NCBI GenBank assembly: GCA_004431415.1
Contig: QPMI01000642.1
Coordinates: forward strand, 62,001 to 126,000
Source: Cyanophora paradoxa CCMP329
Lineage: Eukaryota; Plantae; Glaucophyta
DNA: 64,000 nt
Direction: 5' to 3'
This document shows, in pieces, positions 24,901 through 37,900 of this stretch (its first letter is position 1; each line of letters opens with the position of its first letter). The notes beneath the pieces were generated by a model. That model worked only from the letters and a program-made list of their open reading frames with translations. It did not search any database and was not told where the DNA came from. A program made the position numbers and the translations under genes.

Positions 24901-27900
24901 CCCGTCGGGCTACTCGACGGAGGTTGTCATGCGCACGTCCGACGTCCCCGCGCCGGAGCTCGACGGAGACATGACGCGCTCGTGGACCAAGATCACGGTG
25001 CCGTTCGCGTACCCGGCCACCGAAGACGGCGGCGACTTCGTCGCTGGCATCGTGATCACGTTCAACGGCACCGACTACGAGGTCAGCAAGCCGACCGCCT
25101 CCAAGCTGTTCGAGAATCTCGAGCCGGACACGGAGTACTCGTTCGAGCTGGCGTTCAAGATGCAGGACACCGGCTACGTGTCGACCAACACCAAGACCGT
25201 GTCCGCGACGACCCTCGACATCCCCGTGATCGCCGTCGTCTCTGAGGGCATCACGCCTGTCAAGATCCCCGTCGAGAACACTTTCAACTCGAACTTCGCG
25301 AACTTCAAGCTCGAGCGCAACGGGACCGTCGTCACGGCGTCGGCAGCCGTGACGAGCGCCGTCGACAACACGGGCCTCGTTCCTGAGACCCTGTACTCGT
25401 TCGTCGGGTACACGGTCGGCGGCCCGGACCAGGAGCCCGTCAGCCCGCCCTCGCTGGCGGTCACCGGGACCACCGGGCGCCTCCCGAAGCCGGAGCTCAA
25501 TGCGACCGTCGTCAACCCCGGCGAGGTGGAGTCGCAGGACGACATCCTGGTCACCATCAAGTACCCGGCCGAGGATATCCGCGCGGCGATCAAGGAGACC
25601 AAGGTCTACCGCGACACCTGCGCCCCGGAGGTCTGCGCGGGTGCCACCCTCGAGGGCGCGGACTACCCCGCTTGCGCCACCAACTGCAACTCGGTGCTCG
25701 TCGGCACGATCGCGATGATCTCCACCAACAGCACCGGCGAGTTCACGGACTCGAACGTCGACCGCGACACGACGGACAAGACGTACACGTACCGGTGCGC
25801 CCGCGCCCGATTGCCCGTCGTGCTCTTTCTTTTGTCCGGCTGGTTCTAATCCCCCTCTGCAGCGCGTACTTCGTGGCCACGAACGACGTGGACTCGTACA
25901 TCTCGGCGGGCGCCCAGGTCAGCGTCGTGCCGCCGCCGACGCCGACCCCGTCGCCGTCCCCGAGCCCGAGCGCCACGCCGAGCCCGAGCCCGTCCCCGAG
26001 CCCGTCGCCGAGCCCGTCGGCGACCCCGTCCCCGACGCCGCTCGTCGACTACGACGACGACGGCGAGGCCGACAACGACTGCGACCCGATCTACAGTGCC
26101 GTCAAGTCTCTGCTCCAGGTTCGTCTATATCTCCATTCGTGTCTTCTCCGTGTTCTTGCTGACGCGACCGCTACAGACCGAGTGCAACGCGAACGTGCAG
26201 GCGCTCGACGTGCAGGGCGGCACCTCGTGGATCACGGAGAACATCGTCGCGAACGTCAAGTACATGACCCCGAAGGAGCTCCAGCTCTACGGCCTCAACC
26301 GCACGGGCGGCCTCGAGTGCAGGATCCGTGCGTCGAAGCGCCCGGTTACAGAACAAATGCTCCTCTCTGACTTCTTCGCTCAGCGTCGGACTACAACTTC
26401 GCGGCGAACGGCATCGATGAGAACTACAGGCTCTGCCAGGTCGAGCTCCAGCTCTACGGCTGCAACGGCGCCGGCAGCGCTGGCGAGCAGCCCCTGGGTG
26501 ACCTCGGCTTCTACGTCGACGGTGCGCTGCGCATTTTCTTTGTGCTTGGTTGCCCGCTCTCGCTGAAATGCCGCCCTCAGGCTCCGCCGTCAACTTCCCG
26601 AACATCACAATGACGTGCACCGGCATCCCCGCCCAGACCGGGATGTTCTTCAACTACATCAACCCCTACCCGGTCCTCGGCTTCAACGCGTCCGCCTCGT
26701 CGTACGAGCAGAAGCGGATCGTGGTTGACATCGCTCAAGACAGCTGGGACCCGGTTGCAGTCGATTATGCCATCCTGCAGACGTACGTGTGGCGCACAGT
26801 CTGCGGCCAGGCCTACCCGACGGATCCTACCTACACGTACTCCACCGGCGAGCTCAAGACGTTCGTGGACACGGTTTCCGACCCCGATTTGACTTACTGC
26901 TACAAGTGCGTGTCTTCTTGCATGTCTCTTTTATCTCCGTGCTTACGTCTTGGGCAGGACGCAGTACAACGTGAGGTACACCAACAGCACGGACTCGTTC
27001 GTCAGGAACACGACGGTGTCCGGGGAAGTGCAGGCCAAGCTGACGAAGCCGACGCCCTTCACGTGCGACCTGGACATGGTGTACCTCGAGCTCAACGCCA
27101 CCCACCGCCGCGTCAAGTTCGAGGTCAAGTACTCGTACCCGCCGGGCGAGCTGAGCAGGATCAAGGGCATCGTGGTCAAGCGGACGCGCTGCGAGTTCCC
27201 GTCCGCTGGTGACGGCATCCTTCCTGTTGCAGATGAGTCTTGCAACGTGAACGGCCAGAACATCGAGGGCTGCGGCGTCGGCGAGTGCCGGGCGGAGGGC
27301 ACGCGCAAGACCTGCTTCGCCAACACGACCCGCGTGTACCAGCTCACTGAGACGGAGACCATCCCCGTCAACTGCAGGCCGTACACGTCGACATCCGAGC
27401 CCTCGGCGGACTACAAGCTTCCAAAGACGGCCGGCGCTGCACTTCCCGCGTTTGTAGAGTACTTCGGCACCGACGCCGAGCTGCCCACGGACGACGTCCT
27501 CCACTGGCGGTAAATCATATTTAGTAGCATCTGCCATGCATTCTTCTGACCTGCGCTGCAGTTCGGTCTGCGTTATCGACGACTACAATACCGGCGAGCA
27601 GAGCGCTCAGTACGACAACGCGGCCATTGATACGGGCTGCCGCCTTGGAGGCACGAGCGACCCCTTCCGGCCATGCGGCAACGCCTACAAGCTGGACTAC
27701 ATCACCCCCATCCGCCCCATCATGAAGATGCGCAAGGTGACCAGCTACAAACGCCACGAGGCCCGCATCGTGCTGCACGACAACTACAAGCCCCACATCA
27801 AGGGCGTCCAACTTTGGCGCCGGGATTGCAGTAGTTCCGCAGACGCTTGCGCTGACACGACCTTGTTCTGCTCCCCGGGATCGACAAAGCCGCTCTGCAC

Positions 27901-30683
27901 TTCTCTTCCAAGGCTCTCCTCGTCGTACTCGTGCTGTGTCCAGAACCTGGATACCTGCCTGGCCTTGGCAGGTAACGATTGCGAGATGGAGGTGTACGAC
28001 AACCAGATTGTCAAAGCCAGTGGCAGCAGCAAGGTTCTCTGGAAGATCCCGCGTCTGCCTACTGAGGCTGGAGTCTTCCTCCCGCACGTTGTGGACGCAA
28101 CCAACAACCTCAATACTCTCGTCCCCGAACCCTACCCCATTGAGAGCCTCGACCCTGTGATCGTCACGCCGATGCGCGAGGCCGTGAACTACGTCGGAAG
28201 TTACAACGACGTCCCGTGGGGCTTGGACGCTGACAAGACCTACTTCTACAGGTCCGTGATGCCCAGATGATATTCATTTCGTTTCTTTTCCTGGGCACAT
28301 CTGTTAATTTCATTTCAGGGCTGCCTACCAGTTCAAGACTAACAACGCCCTGGGCGCAAGCGACTACGTGGTGTGTGACGTGAACGGACAGGGTTCTTCT
28401 TTTGGTCCTTGTGCGAGAAGCGCGAGCCGCTATTACACGGTGAAGGGCTCGAACGTACTGTGCAACGTCTCCCAAACTCCAACCACGAGTGTTAGCGGCG
28501 ACACCGTCACTGCGACGTACACAATCAAGAACTGGGGCTCCTACTCTGTCCGGAACTTCGCCTACGTCCAGTGTGACTACGACGGCATCGTGATGGACGG
28601 CAATACTAGATTGAATCTCTTGAATAACTCGGACATCGACCCCTCCGCTGCTGCTTCCCTGTACCGCCGCTACGAGGGCACGGGCGACTTCCTCAACGCC
28701 CGCCTCGACCGCTCATTCAACAGCGCGAACGGCCTCGACCGTACTATCAACGGCCGTCGCGTGATTGGGCTCTGGGACGTCGGGTATTCCGCCGCAAGCA
28801 ACAAGCTGGTCATGGATCCGACCGACACCGGGAGATTCAAGCTCCGCTTCAAGTGCAACAGCGGAACGTGCGGCGCTCTCTCCGCGCCCAAATGCTACTG
28901 CCTGAACGGTCCGCCTCAGTCCCGGCTGCCCTCCTCCCCCCTTTTCGTTGACTCATTAGTGCATTCTGCAGGCTATCCACGCGACACTGGCCTGCGCGAC
29001 AAGGAGACAGCTTGGAGCAACGCAGAAGCGAATACATACGACGGCTACGACAACGCGAACCGCCGCCGCCTCGCCGAGTCGAGCGCGTCCTCCTCCGCGC
29101 CCGAGCAGGCCAGCGCCCGCCCGGCTGCGCGCAACATGAAGGCCAAGACGGCCGCGCCGCCGGCGCCGGCCGCCAAGGCCGCGCTGTCGACCCCGGCGCA
29201 CCCCGGCGTGCAGCCCGTCGCCGCGCTCTTCGCCCCGGCGCAGCAGCGGCGCCTGCTGGCCTCGGGCGAGCCGGTGCGGGTCAAGTCGCTCATCTGGACG
29301 GGCTCGGCCCTCACGGCGGCCGTCGTGGACGGCGGCGCCGTCCAGTCGACCTCGCCCGTCGACCAGAAGACGGGCCGCTTCACGCGGACCATCGTGTACA
29401 CGATCACGGGCACGGAGCGCAAGGAGGTGGCGGCCGGCGCGGCCGTCGGCCTCGTCTGCTGGCAGGCGGACTCGAGCGTGCAGATCGACAAGACGGCCAA
29501 CGAGCTCGCGACGAGCTACGAGCTCCCCGCCGGCTACTCCATCACCAGCTCCGTCTTCCGCCTCAACTCCGTGCGCCCTTTGCGGTTCCGCGTGCTCGCG
29601 TCGGTCCAACGCGCCCGCGCCCTCGCCGCAGATCGGGCGGCGGATGTTCGCGGGCAACTCGTTCACGCGCAGCATGGCCCTGACCGTCAGCTGCCCGCGC
29701 GGCTCCAAGTGCCCGAGCCCCGTCTGCGTCGCCCCGAGCAGTGAGCGCCCCGCCCCGCCCCGCCCCGCCCGCCCCCTCGCCGACGCCGGCGGCAGCGCTC
29801 GCGTGCGCGACGTACGACGAGTCGCTCAAGGGCTTCTCGACGGCCGGCTGCAAGTCGGAGTACGAGTGCACGGGCGGGACGTGCCAGACGGTGGACGGCC
29901 CGGAGGGCTACAACACCGTCGGCGTCATCGACGAGGCCTTCGTGAACATGCAGCAGAGCTTCGCCACGGGCGCCCTCGACTGGCAGACCCTCAACTGGAA
30001 GCCCGTCTCCTGCTCCTGCAGCTCCATGGACGTGCGCCCGCCCGCCCCGAGCCGCCCCGCCCCGCCCCGCGCGCCGGCCGCTGTGTCGTGACCGCGCCCC
30101 CGCAGCCGGTGGTCCTGCTCAAGAGCGTGCCGACGACCATGCCGCGGGCGCTCCTGCCGGGCTCGACGACCGTGACGCCCCCGGTGGCGGCGGCGGCCAA
30201 GGCGCCCGCCTCGAGCGGGATGTCGGCCGGCGCGATCGCCGGCATCGTCATCGCCTGCGTCGCCTTCGCGGCGCTCACCGTCGGCGTCGTCTACGGCGCC
30301 CGCGTCCTCAAGAACCGCAACGGTCCGCCCGCCCGCCCGCCCACGCCCTCCGCTCTCGTTTGGGCCTCGCTGACAGAGGGGCGGGCGCAGCGGCGGTCAA
30401 GTCGGTGACGGGCAGCCGGGAGGGCCTGCCGCGCAGCCGCCGCGCCTCGAACGAGGTGATCGTCGACGAGAACGAGGTCGCCGTCTCCGTCCGCGCCTCG
30501 AGGCGCGCCTCCCTCGAGGCGCCCAACGCCCCCGCCGACGCCCTCGAGTTCGCCGCCGCCCCCGTCGTGCCGGCCCCCACGCAGGCCGTCACGCCCCCGC
30601 CGCCCCCGGTGGTCCCCGCGGAGGTTAGCGTCTCGGTCCCGTCTGGGGAGGGCGTCGAGCGCGTGCCCGCGATCACCCTGTAG
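12969..30683 (+). CDS. Giant single-pass cell-surface protein: signal peptide, GH16-like domain, REJ/PKD1-like module, long FN3 array, PS linker, Cys-rich region, GPS-like motif, TM helix, short tail
   Basis: N-terminus MEHRR..AAVALGVLVMVALASS. GH16-like PGNNYWSDSPSDVFVDAQGQLHLTLKK..YGTF..LGLFMW..RELAIEFS..RVRMNLW (~14040-15320). REJ-like CSDLALDAS..FTWTV..YTFTV and LQITPPNGTA..FTFWADGWDS..PLEYRF (~15900-18260). Many FN3 repeats (DTGL.PG..YEY, ~19400-25900). (PS)n at ~25930-26040. CATYD..FSTAGC..CSCSSM. TM AGAIAGIVIACVAFAALTVGVVY. Continuity as a single gene is inferred from consistent strand and short spliceable gaps. Confidence 0.8.
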
Positions 30684-31760
30684 GATCCCTAGTTAGAATT
30701 ACGCGCAACCCAGCCTTTTTCAACGATTAGTTCGTCTCACAATTAGTTCTCGCCTGCGCCGCGGTATTCATTATCTGTATAACTAGTGCGCTTCCTCCTG
30801 TCGTTCGTATTTAGTAATTATTCGCCTGCGCCGCGTCACTTAGCGCTAGCCCTTTTGTCTCCTATCTCTCAACCTCTCTGCGCCGCGCCCGCCCTTGTGT
30901 GAAGTCGCCATGCATCGGTGTTCAGAATGCGCGTAGCTCACGGCCGGACTTCCGTGTACAGGGATACCGCAGCTGCTCCGCCGTGTTGTTTGGTGTGGAA
31001 TCTTTTAGTTTGTGATCAATACAGTTGCGCATGTCCGATCCCATGGCCAGTTCGAGTTCTAGATCTGCGCATAAGCACTTCGAATTCGCGCCCCCGGGCC
31101 CGTCCCCAGGAGCATGCGCAGCTACTAAGCAGAGCCGGAGCTCGAGTGTTTTCGGATATCGATGCGGCCCCGCCCCGCCCAATTTTTATGATCTTTAAAT
31201 TTGCCGGGCGCCTACATAAACTTCGGAATTCGAAGAAAGTAGTATTCGATCATCGGATGATCTAGATCTTCATCATGCGATGATCATCTTCGAATTCTAA
31301 TCGTAGTGAAGGGAGCTAGATAGTTGCGCTACTGCATGTGACAATTCACTCAAGTAAAATGTTCAATAGCAATGATTGGCATCATGGCATCATGGAGCAA
31401 CCGTATACGTAGCACGCTGCGTTATAGAGAATTAAAGAGCTACGCAACGGCTGTTATATGCTTTTCTATGTGAAATTGGATTCCGAATCGAAGCTGGCCT
31501 GAAGCTGGCCAAGCATTTCCTGCACTGTGACACTGACATTCAAGCCTGAATTCCAAAAAGCACGTCAGGCTGCGATTGAAAGCAATGGCTCCTACATAGC
31601 CTGGATGTATTCCGCATGCTCGCGCAGCGACGCCCTGATGAGGGTATACATATGGACATCTCGACAGGATATAAATGAGGATATAAACGACTTGACACGT
31701 TGAAGTTGGCAAGTTGAATGCTGCCAAAAGAATAAGTTGGCAACGCTCACATGAATCTTC

Positions 31761-31813
31761 AAAAGCACACGAAAGCACACGAGAGCACACGAAAGCACAC
31801 GAAAGCAGACGAA
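31761..31813 (+). repeat. Tandem 10-mer (GAAAGCACAC) x~5
   Basis: aaaagcacac gaaagcacac gagagcacac gaaagcacac gaaagcagac. Confidence 0.85.
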
Positions 31814-31958
31814 GGCGCTACAGCTAACGCTATATGAAACTACGCGACGTCGAAGCACCGAAGAAAGCGAGAGGCGGCTGGTAGCTATACAGGTACACGC
31901 CCCGGCGTGGAGCAGAGGGCGGATGGGAGGCGGAGGGGGAAGCAGGGCCCCGGGCCCC

Positions 31959-34900
31959 TCAGTGGGAGGTGGGGCGGGGCCGGAGCGGGGCGGCGAGGGC
32001 GGCGGCGAGCAGCTCGGCCTCCTTGGCGGCGGGGCTCCCCGGGTCAACCACCAGCATCGGGGCCCGCAGCGCCGCCGCCGCCAGCGCCGCCTGCTCCGCG
32101 GGGCCCGCGCCCTCGCCCCGACCGGCGGCGGCGGGGGCCGGCTGGGCGGCGCCGGTACGGCGGAGGAGACCCTCGGCGAGGCGGCGGGCCTTGCCGCGCT
32201 CGGCGCCGTCGGGCGCGAGCTCGCCGAGGCGCCACAGCGCGAGGGCCTCCACGTGGCGCGCCCCGAGCGCCGCCGCCCCCTGCGCCGCCCGCCGCCAGAG
32301 CGGCAGCGCCTGCGCGGGGCGGCCGGCGGCGGCGAGGAGGCGGGCGCGGGCGTGGAGGGCGAAGGGCCGGAGGAGGGAGGCGGCGCCGGCGCGCCCCGCC
32401 GCCTCCTCGAGGGCCTCACGCACTCGCGGAGGGCGGAGAGGGGGAGAGGGGCGGGCGCCCCGCGGGGCCCCCGCCGGGCTCCCGGACGAGGTCCATCGAG
32501 GCCTGCCGGTCCAGCGGGTTGCTGCGGGAGGGCACCGAGGTGGCCCGCGAGCGCGGCCGCGAGGGCGCCGCCGACGCCGACGCCGTCGGCGAGGAGCGGT
32601 CCTCGGGCCCCGCGGCGGCCTCCTTGGCGCCGGCCTCGGGGGCGGGGGCGGCGGGGTCGTCGCCGGCGAGGGCGGCGAGGATCTCGGCGCGCAGCGCGAC
32701 GAAGGAGGAGGCGAGGCGCCGCGAGGTGCGCGAGGCGAGGCCCGCGCGCCCTCCGACGGCCCCAGCGACACCGCGAGAGCGTCGAGGGCCGGTGCTCCAG
32801 CACCCCGGGGGCACCGCCTCCCCGAGGGCGGCGCCCAGGCCGGGAGGGGCTGCGGGGGCCGGGGCCGGGGCCGGGGCCGGGGCGGGGGCGGGGGCGGGCG
32901 GCGGCGATGTCGGCGAGGAGCTCGGAGAGGAGGAAGACGGGCTGCAGCAGCGCCGGCGTCGCCATCGCCTGCGCCCAAAGCTGATCTGAGGGAGACCTGA
33001 GGGGGGGCGGGGGGCGCGCGCACCCGCCCGAAGGCCCACTTGGCGCGGTGGCGGTGCAGCGCCCGCACGGCCCGCGCCGCCGCGCGCTCCGCCGCCTGCA
33101 CAGGGCGACGGCGTGAGCCGGAGAAGAAGGCAGAAGCGCGAAGGAAAGAGGTGAAGCGCGCCAGGCGGTCGCCAGCGGTCCAGGCGGCGTGCGCGCGGAC
33201 GGTGTGCACGTAGAGCTCCGCCGTCTGCGCGGGCGGGCGGGCCGGGCGGTCAGCCAGGGTGGAGAAGCGGGGCGTCCAGGCGGACCGGGAGCTGCTCGAG
33301 GCTGTCGGGGAGGGCGCGCCCCGCCTCCGCCACGTGCCCCGCCGCCTCTCCCGAGCGCTCCCCGCGCGCCGCCAGCGCCGCCGCCCGCCCCAGCAGCCTG
33401 CGCCGGGTCGCGTCGGGTCGGGGCGCACGCCAGCAGCCGGGGCGGGCGGGGCGGGCGGGGCGGACGCCCAGACGAGGTGCGTGCGGTTGGAGGTCTTGCG
33501 CGCGAGGTCCACCACCGTCCTGCCCCGCGCCGGCCCCCAGGGTCAGCCTGGCAGTCGCCCTTTCGAGGGGGGCGCAGCGGCCCATCGCTTTCTTGCTCAA
33601 GGGCGCTCTCTAGATTTACGAGGAGGTCTCCGAATCCGGTCTGCAGCCCCGGGGCGGGGCGGGGCGGGGCGGGGCGGGGCGGGGCGGGGCGCACGCGTAG
33701 GCGGCGTCGGCCTCGGCGAAGGCGCCGCGCGCGTGGGCGACGAGCGGCAGCAGCGCCAGCAGATCGAACGCCGGCCGGAACTGCTGCTTCGCCCGCAGCT
33801 GCGCGCGTGCCCAGACGAGGCGGCGTCAGCCGGCGCCCCCGTGCAGGCTTCGGCTGCGGCTCGGTCGCCGCACCTCTTCGGCGGAGACGCGGCAGAGGCA
33901 CTCGGCCTCGGCGAGCTCGCCTGCCGGCGGGGATCAGATTTCCAGATTTCCGGATTTCCGGCGGGGGAGGGGCGGCGCGGGCGCACCGGCTTCGATGAGC
34001 TGGCGGGCCTGGACGACGAGGAGGAAGCCCAGCGCCCCCCGCCCCGCCGCCGTGTCCGAGATCTGAGGGGGAGACGATGAATTAACGCGGGGAGAGGTTC
34101 GAGGAGGGGGGGGAGGGGGGGGGGGGGGGGGTGGGGCGGACCTCGGCGGCGCGGGCGAGCCAGGGGTCGGAGAGGCGGCGGGAGGAGAGGAAGGGGAGGG
34201 CCGAGATGGCGGTCGCGACGAGCGTGCACCCCTCCGCGAACTCCAGCGACCTGCCGCGAGCTCGCTTGGACGAAAGAGAGCGGAGGGGGAGGGGGAGGGG
34301 GGCGGACCGGGGGTCGCCGGCGGTGAAGTGGGCGGTGAGGGCCGCGCAGTGGAGCGCCCGCAGGCTGTCCCCGCTGTGCTGCGCCAGGTTGCTGTACCTG
34401 GGGAGGGGGGGGGGGGGAGGAGTGGGCGAGGAGTGGGCGGGGGTAGGCGGGGCGGGGCGGGGCGGGGCAGGGGGCGGACTGCATGAGGGCCTGGGCGGTG
34501 AGTGCGGAGAGGGCGCGCCGGAGGCGCCGCTGGGGCGGCTCGGGACGGCGGGGGCGGCGGCGGCGGGGCGGCGGCGGCGTCCGGGGCGACGCGGGCGCGC
34601 GGGGCGCGGGGCGGGCCGCGGAGGGCGAGGGCGGCGAGGCGGGCGGCGAGGGCGGCGCTGGAGACGTCGCGCTCGGGGACGGGGGCGCCGAGCAGGCGCA
34701 GGCACTCGTGCAGCGTCGTCCGCAGGTCCGAGAGGTGCCCGAGCGCCCACTGCGCGAGGGCCCACGCTCAGGGGGGGGGGGGGGGGAAGAGAAGGGAAGG
34801 GGCGGGGCGGGCCTGGGCGTGGGCCATGACGACGAGGCGGCGCGCGCGCTCGGCGACGGCCTCCGCGTGCTCGTCGGCCTCCGGCGCCCCCCGCCGCAGG

Positions 34901-37900
34901 CAGCGCCCCAGCAGCGAGCCCCGCCCGATCTCCGCGGGGCCCCGCAGCGGCGCCGGCGGCGGGATCAGCGCCAGGCTCTGCGCCCAGCGCATCAGAGGAC
35001 AGCAAGAAGGCGAAGGCGAGGAGGGGAGGCGAGGAGGGGAAAGGGACCTGGCGGGTGATCTCTACCGCCTCCGCGTAGGCCCCCGACTCGAGCGCCTCCG
35101 ACGCTGCCGCCGCGTGAGGCGGCGGGCGGGCGGGAAAGGCGGGGCGGGGCGGGGGGAGGGGGCACCGGCGAGGTCGAGGTAGGCGACGGCGCGGTCGCGC
35201 TCTCCGCACTGCAGCAGGTGGTACGAGAGCAGCTGCCACGCAGGTCAGCCCCCTCGGCGTCCGATCCACCGCGGGCGGGGCGGGGCGGACGTCGGCGACG
35301 GGGGCGCGGTGGGCGGGGGCGACGTGCTGCTCGAGCCACGAGGCGGCGCGCCCGTGCAGCCGCCGCCGGTCCTCCGCCGCCAGCAGCCGGTACAGCACCG
35401 ACTGCACCGCCCCCTGCCCCCGCAGCCGCCCCCCGCCGCCGATTAGCGCCGACTAAGCGCGAGCGCCCTCCGGCGATCTCTGCTCGGACCTGGGTGAAGG
35501 AGTAGCCGGGGCGCTCCGCCTCGTCCGTGGCCGCCCGCAGCAGCCCCGCCGCCTGCGCGCGCGCGCGCACACAAAATCCTCAGACGGCGGTCCGAGGCTG
35601 GGTCGGGCCGGGGCCGGGGGGGCGCGCCTCGAGCTCGTCGAGGGCGGCGGCGACGGAGGCCGCTTCCACGTCCTCCTCCAGCACGTACCTGGGGGGGGGG
35701 AGCAGGCCGCTCAGACGGCTCAGAAACGGCTGGGAAGGCTCGGAAAGGCGCACGCGGCCATGGCGAGGGAGAAGCGGGCCCCGAAGACGGCGCAGAGCTG
35801 CGGGGGCGGGGGCGGGCCGGCTGTGAGGCCCCGCCCCGGGGTCGCAGTTGGGGGCGGGGGGGCGCGCCTTGCAGACGAGGGCGGAGCGCTGGGAGAGGCC
35901 CTCGAGGCGGCTCGTCACCAGCCGCTCCACCGTGTCCGGCAGCGGCAGCCTGGCCGCGCGCGCCGCTCAGTGGTGGCGGGGCCGGGGCCGGGGCCGGGAC
36001 GCACGAGGAGGCGGCGTCGGGGCGGACGGAGGGGTGCAGCCCCACGCGGTCGATGGCGGGGTACGCCGTGATCAGCGACCGCCGCTCCATGTACCGCACC
36101 AGCTCCTGCGCAGGACGGGGCGTCAAGGGGCGCAGCGGCGCCGAGCCGGCGGGGAGCGCGGACCTGCACCGAGTAGGCGTTGCCCCGCGCCCGCGTCGCG
36201 ATTGCCGCGCAGAGCCTGCGGGGGGCTCGGGGCGGGCGCGGGAGGATAAGGAGGGGGGTACGCGGGGCGGACCAGCTGGGGAGGGACTCCGGGGAGACGT
36301 TGAGGAGGTAGCCGATGAGCGCCGCCACGTCTGGGGGCGCGGTACCCCAGTAAGACAGGACAGGGGGGGGGGGAGGGGGGGGGGGGGAGGCACCATGCTC
36401 GTCGAGGGGGGCGAGGGGGAGGGAGCGGGCGCGGGCGCAGCGGGCGACGCTGGCGACGTCGGGGGGCGCGAGCGAGCGCGTCGTGGCCAGCAGCGAGGTG
36501 CCCCCCGCGTACGCCAGGTTCTGCGCCGCGTGAGGGGGCCGATTCAAAGCGTGGGGGGCGGGGGCGGGGGCGGCGGGCCTGGACGAGGCGGAGGGAGGCG
36601 GAGTCGAGGGCGTGCAGGTCCTCCACCACCAGCACCGCCCGCGACGTCCGCAGCAGCGTCTGCCGGGCGCGTTGGGGGGCGGAGCGGGCGTGGCGCGAGT
36701 TCGAGAACAGCGTGGCGGGCCTTGAAGAGGGAGGAGAGGAGGATGTGGGCGGCGTCGCAGTTGGAGAGGCGGCTCGACGACGTCGACGTCGCGTTCGTCA
36801 CCGTCCCCTGCGGGGGCGGGCGGGTCAGAGGGGAGGGCGAGGGGGCGGGGGCGGGGGCACCGGGGTGCTGGGGGTGCCGAGGGCCGAGGCCTCCGGGTCG
36901 GGATTGATGGCGGAGAGCTTCAGCAGCTTCTCCAGAAGCTGCCGGGGGGGAGGCGTCAGGGGCGGCCCAGGCGGCCGAGACCGAGACCTTAGACGTAGGC
37001 GGATGGAAATGGGTGGAAGGACGGGAATGGATGGAAATGTGGGGGGGAGTAGAAGCGGAGGGGAAGTAGCGCCCGTGCAGGGGCGGGCGGCGGGGCGGGC
37101 GGCGGGGCGGGGCGGGGCGGGCGGCGGGGCAGGGCGGGGCGGGCGGCGGGGCGGGGCGGGGCGGGCGGCGGGGCGGGCGGGGCGGGCGGCGGGGCGGGGC
37201 GGGGCGGGCGGCGGGGCGGGGCGGGGCGGGCGGCGGGGCGGGGCGGGGCGGGGCGCACGACGGCGTTGCCGACGTTGGCGAGGCCGACGTCGACGGAGCG
37301 GAGGAACCGCACGACGCGCTCCAGCGGACCGATCTCCCGCTCGTCCCCGCCCGCGCCTTGCCCGCCCGACGTCGACGGCTGGTGCGCCGAGCGCGAGCGC
37401 GGGAGGGGCGACTTGTCGCGGGCGGCGCCGGGCCCGGCGCCGGCGCCGGGCGCGTTGCTGGAGGAGCGGCGGGGCGGGAGGTGGAGGGGCGCGGGGCCCG
37501 GGCCCGGGGCGGAGTGGCCCAGGGAGACGCCGTTGGGGGAGAGGCTGAGCCCGTGCACGCCCGACGTGCGGCGCGGGGCGGAGAGCGTCGAGCGCGCCGC
37601 CGCGTCGGCGGCCGACGAGTCGCGGCGGGAGCGCGTGGAGCTGCGGCGGCGGGGCTGGGGCGTGGGAGGCCCCAGCGAGTCCCGCCGCCCCGAGAGGGGC
37701 GACAGGTCCAGCGCCTCGATCGCGTCCGAGCCGCGCCGCCGCGCCGAGAGCGGCTCCGCGGCGCCCAGCGCGGCGGGCGCCGCCATCGCCCCCGACGAGC
37801 GCCGCGCCGCCGCCGTGAGGGCCTCCCGCGCGATCGAGACCCGCCGGGCACGCCGGCGGCCGCGCCCGAGGCCCGCCGCTCGGCCCGCCGGCGGCGGCGA

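Noticed and set aside
31630-31690. CTGATGAG as a hammerhead ribozyme core
   Set aside because: No matching GAAA core or stems found.
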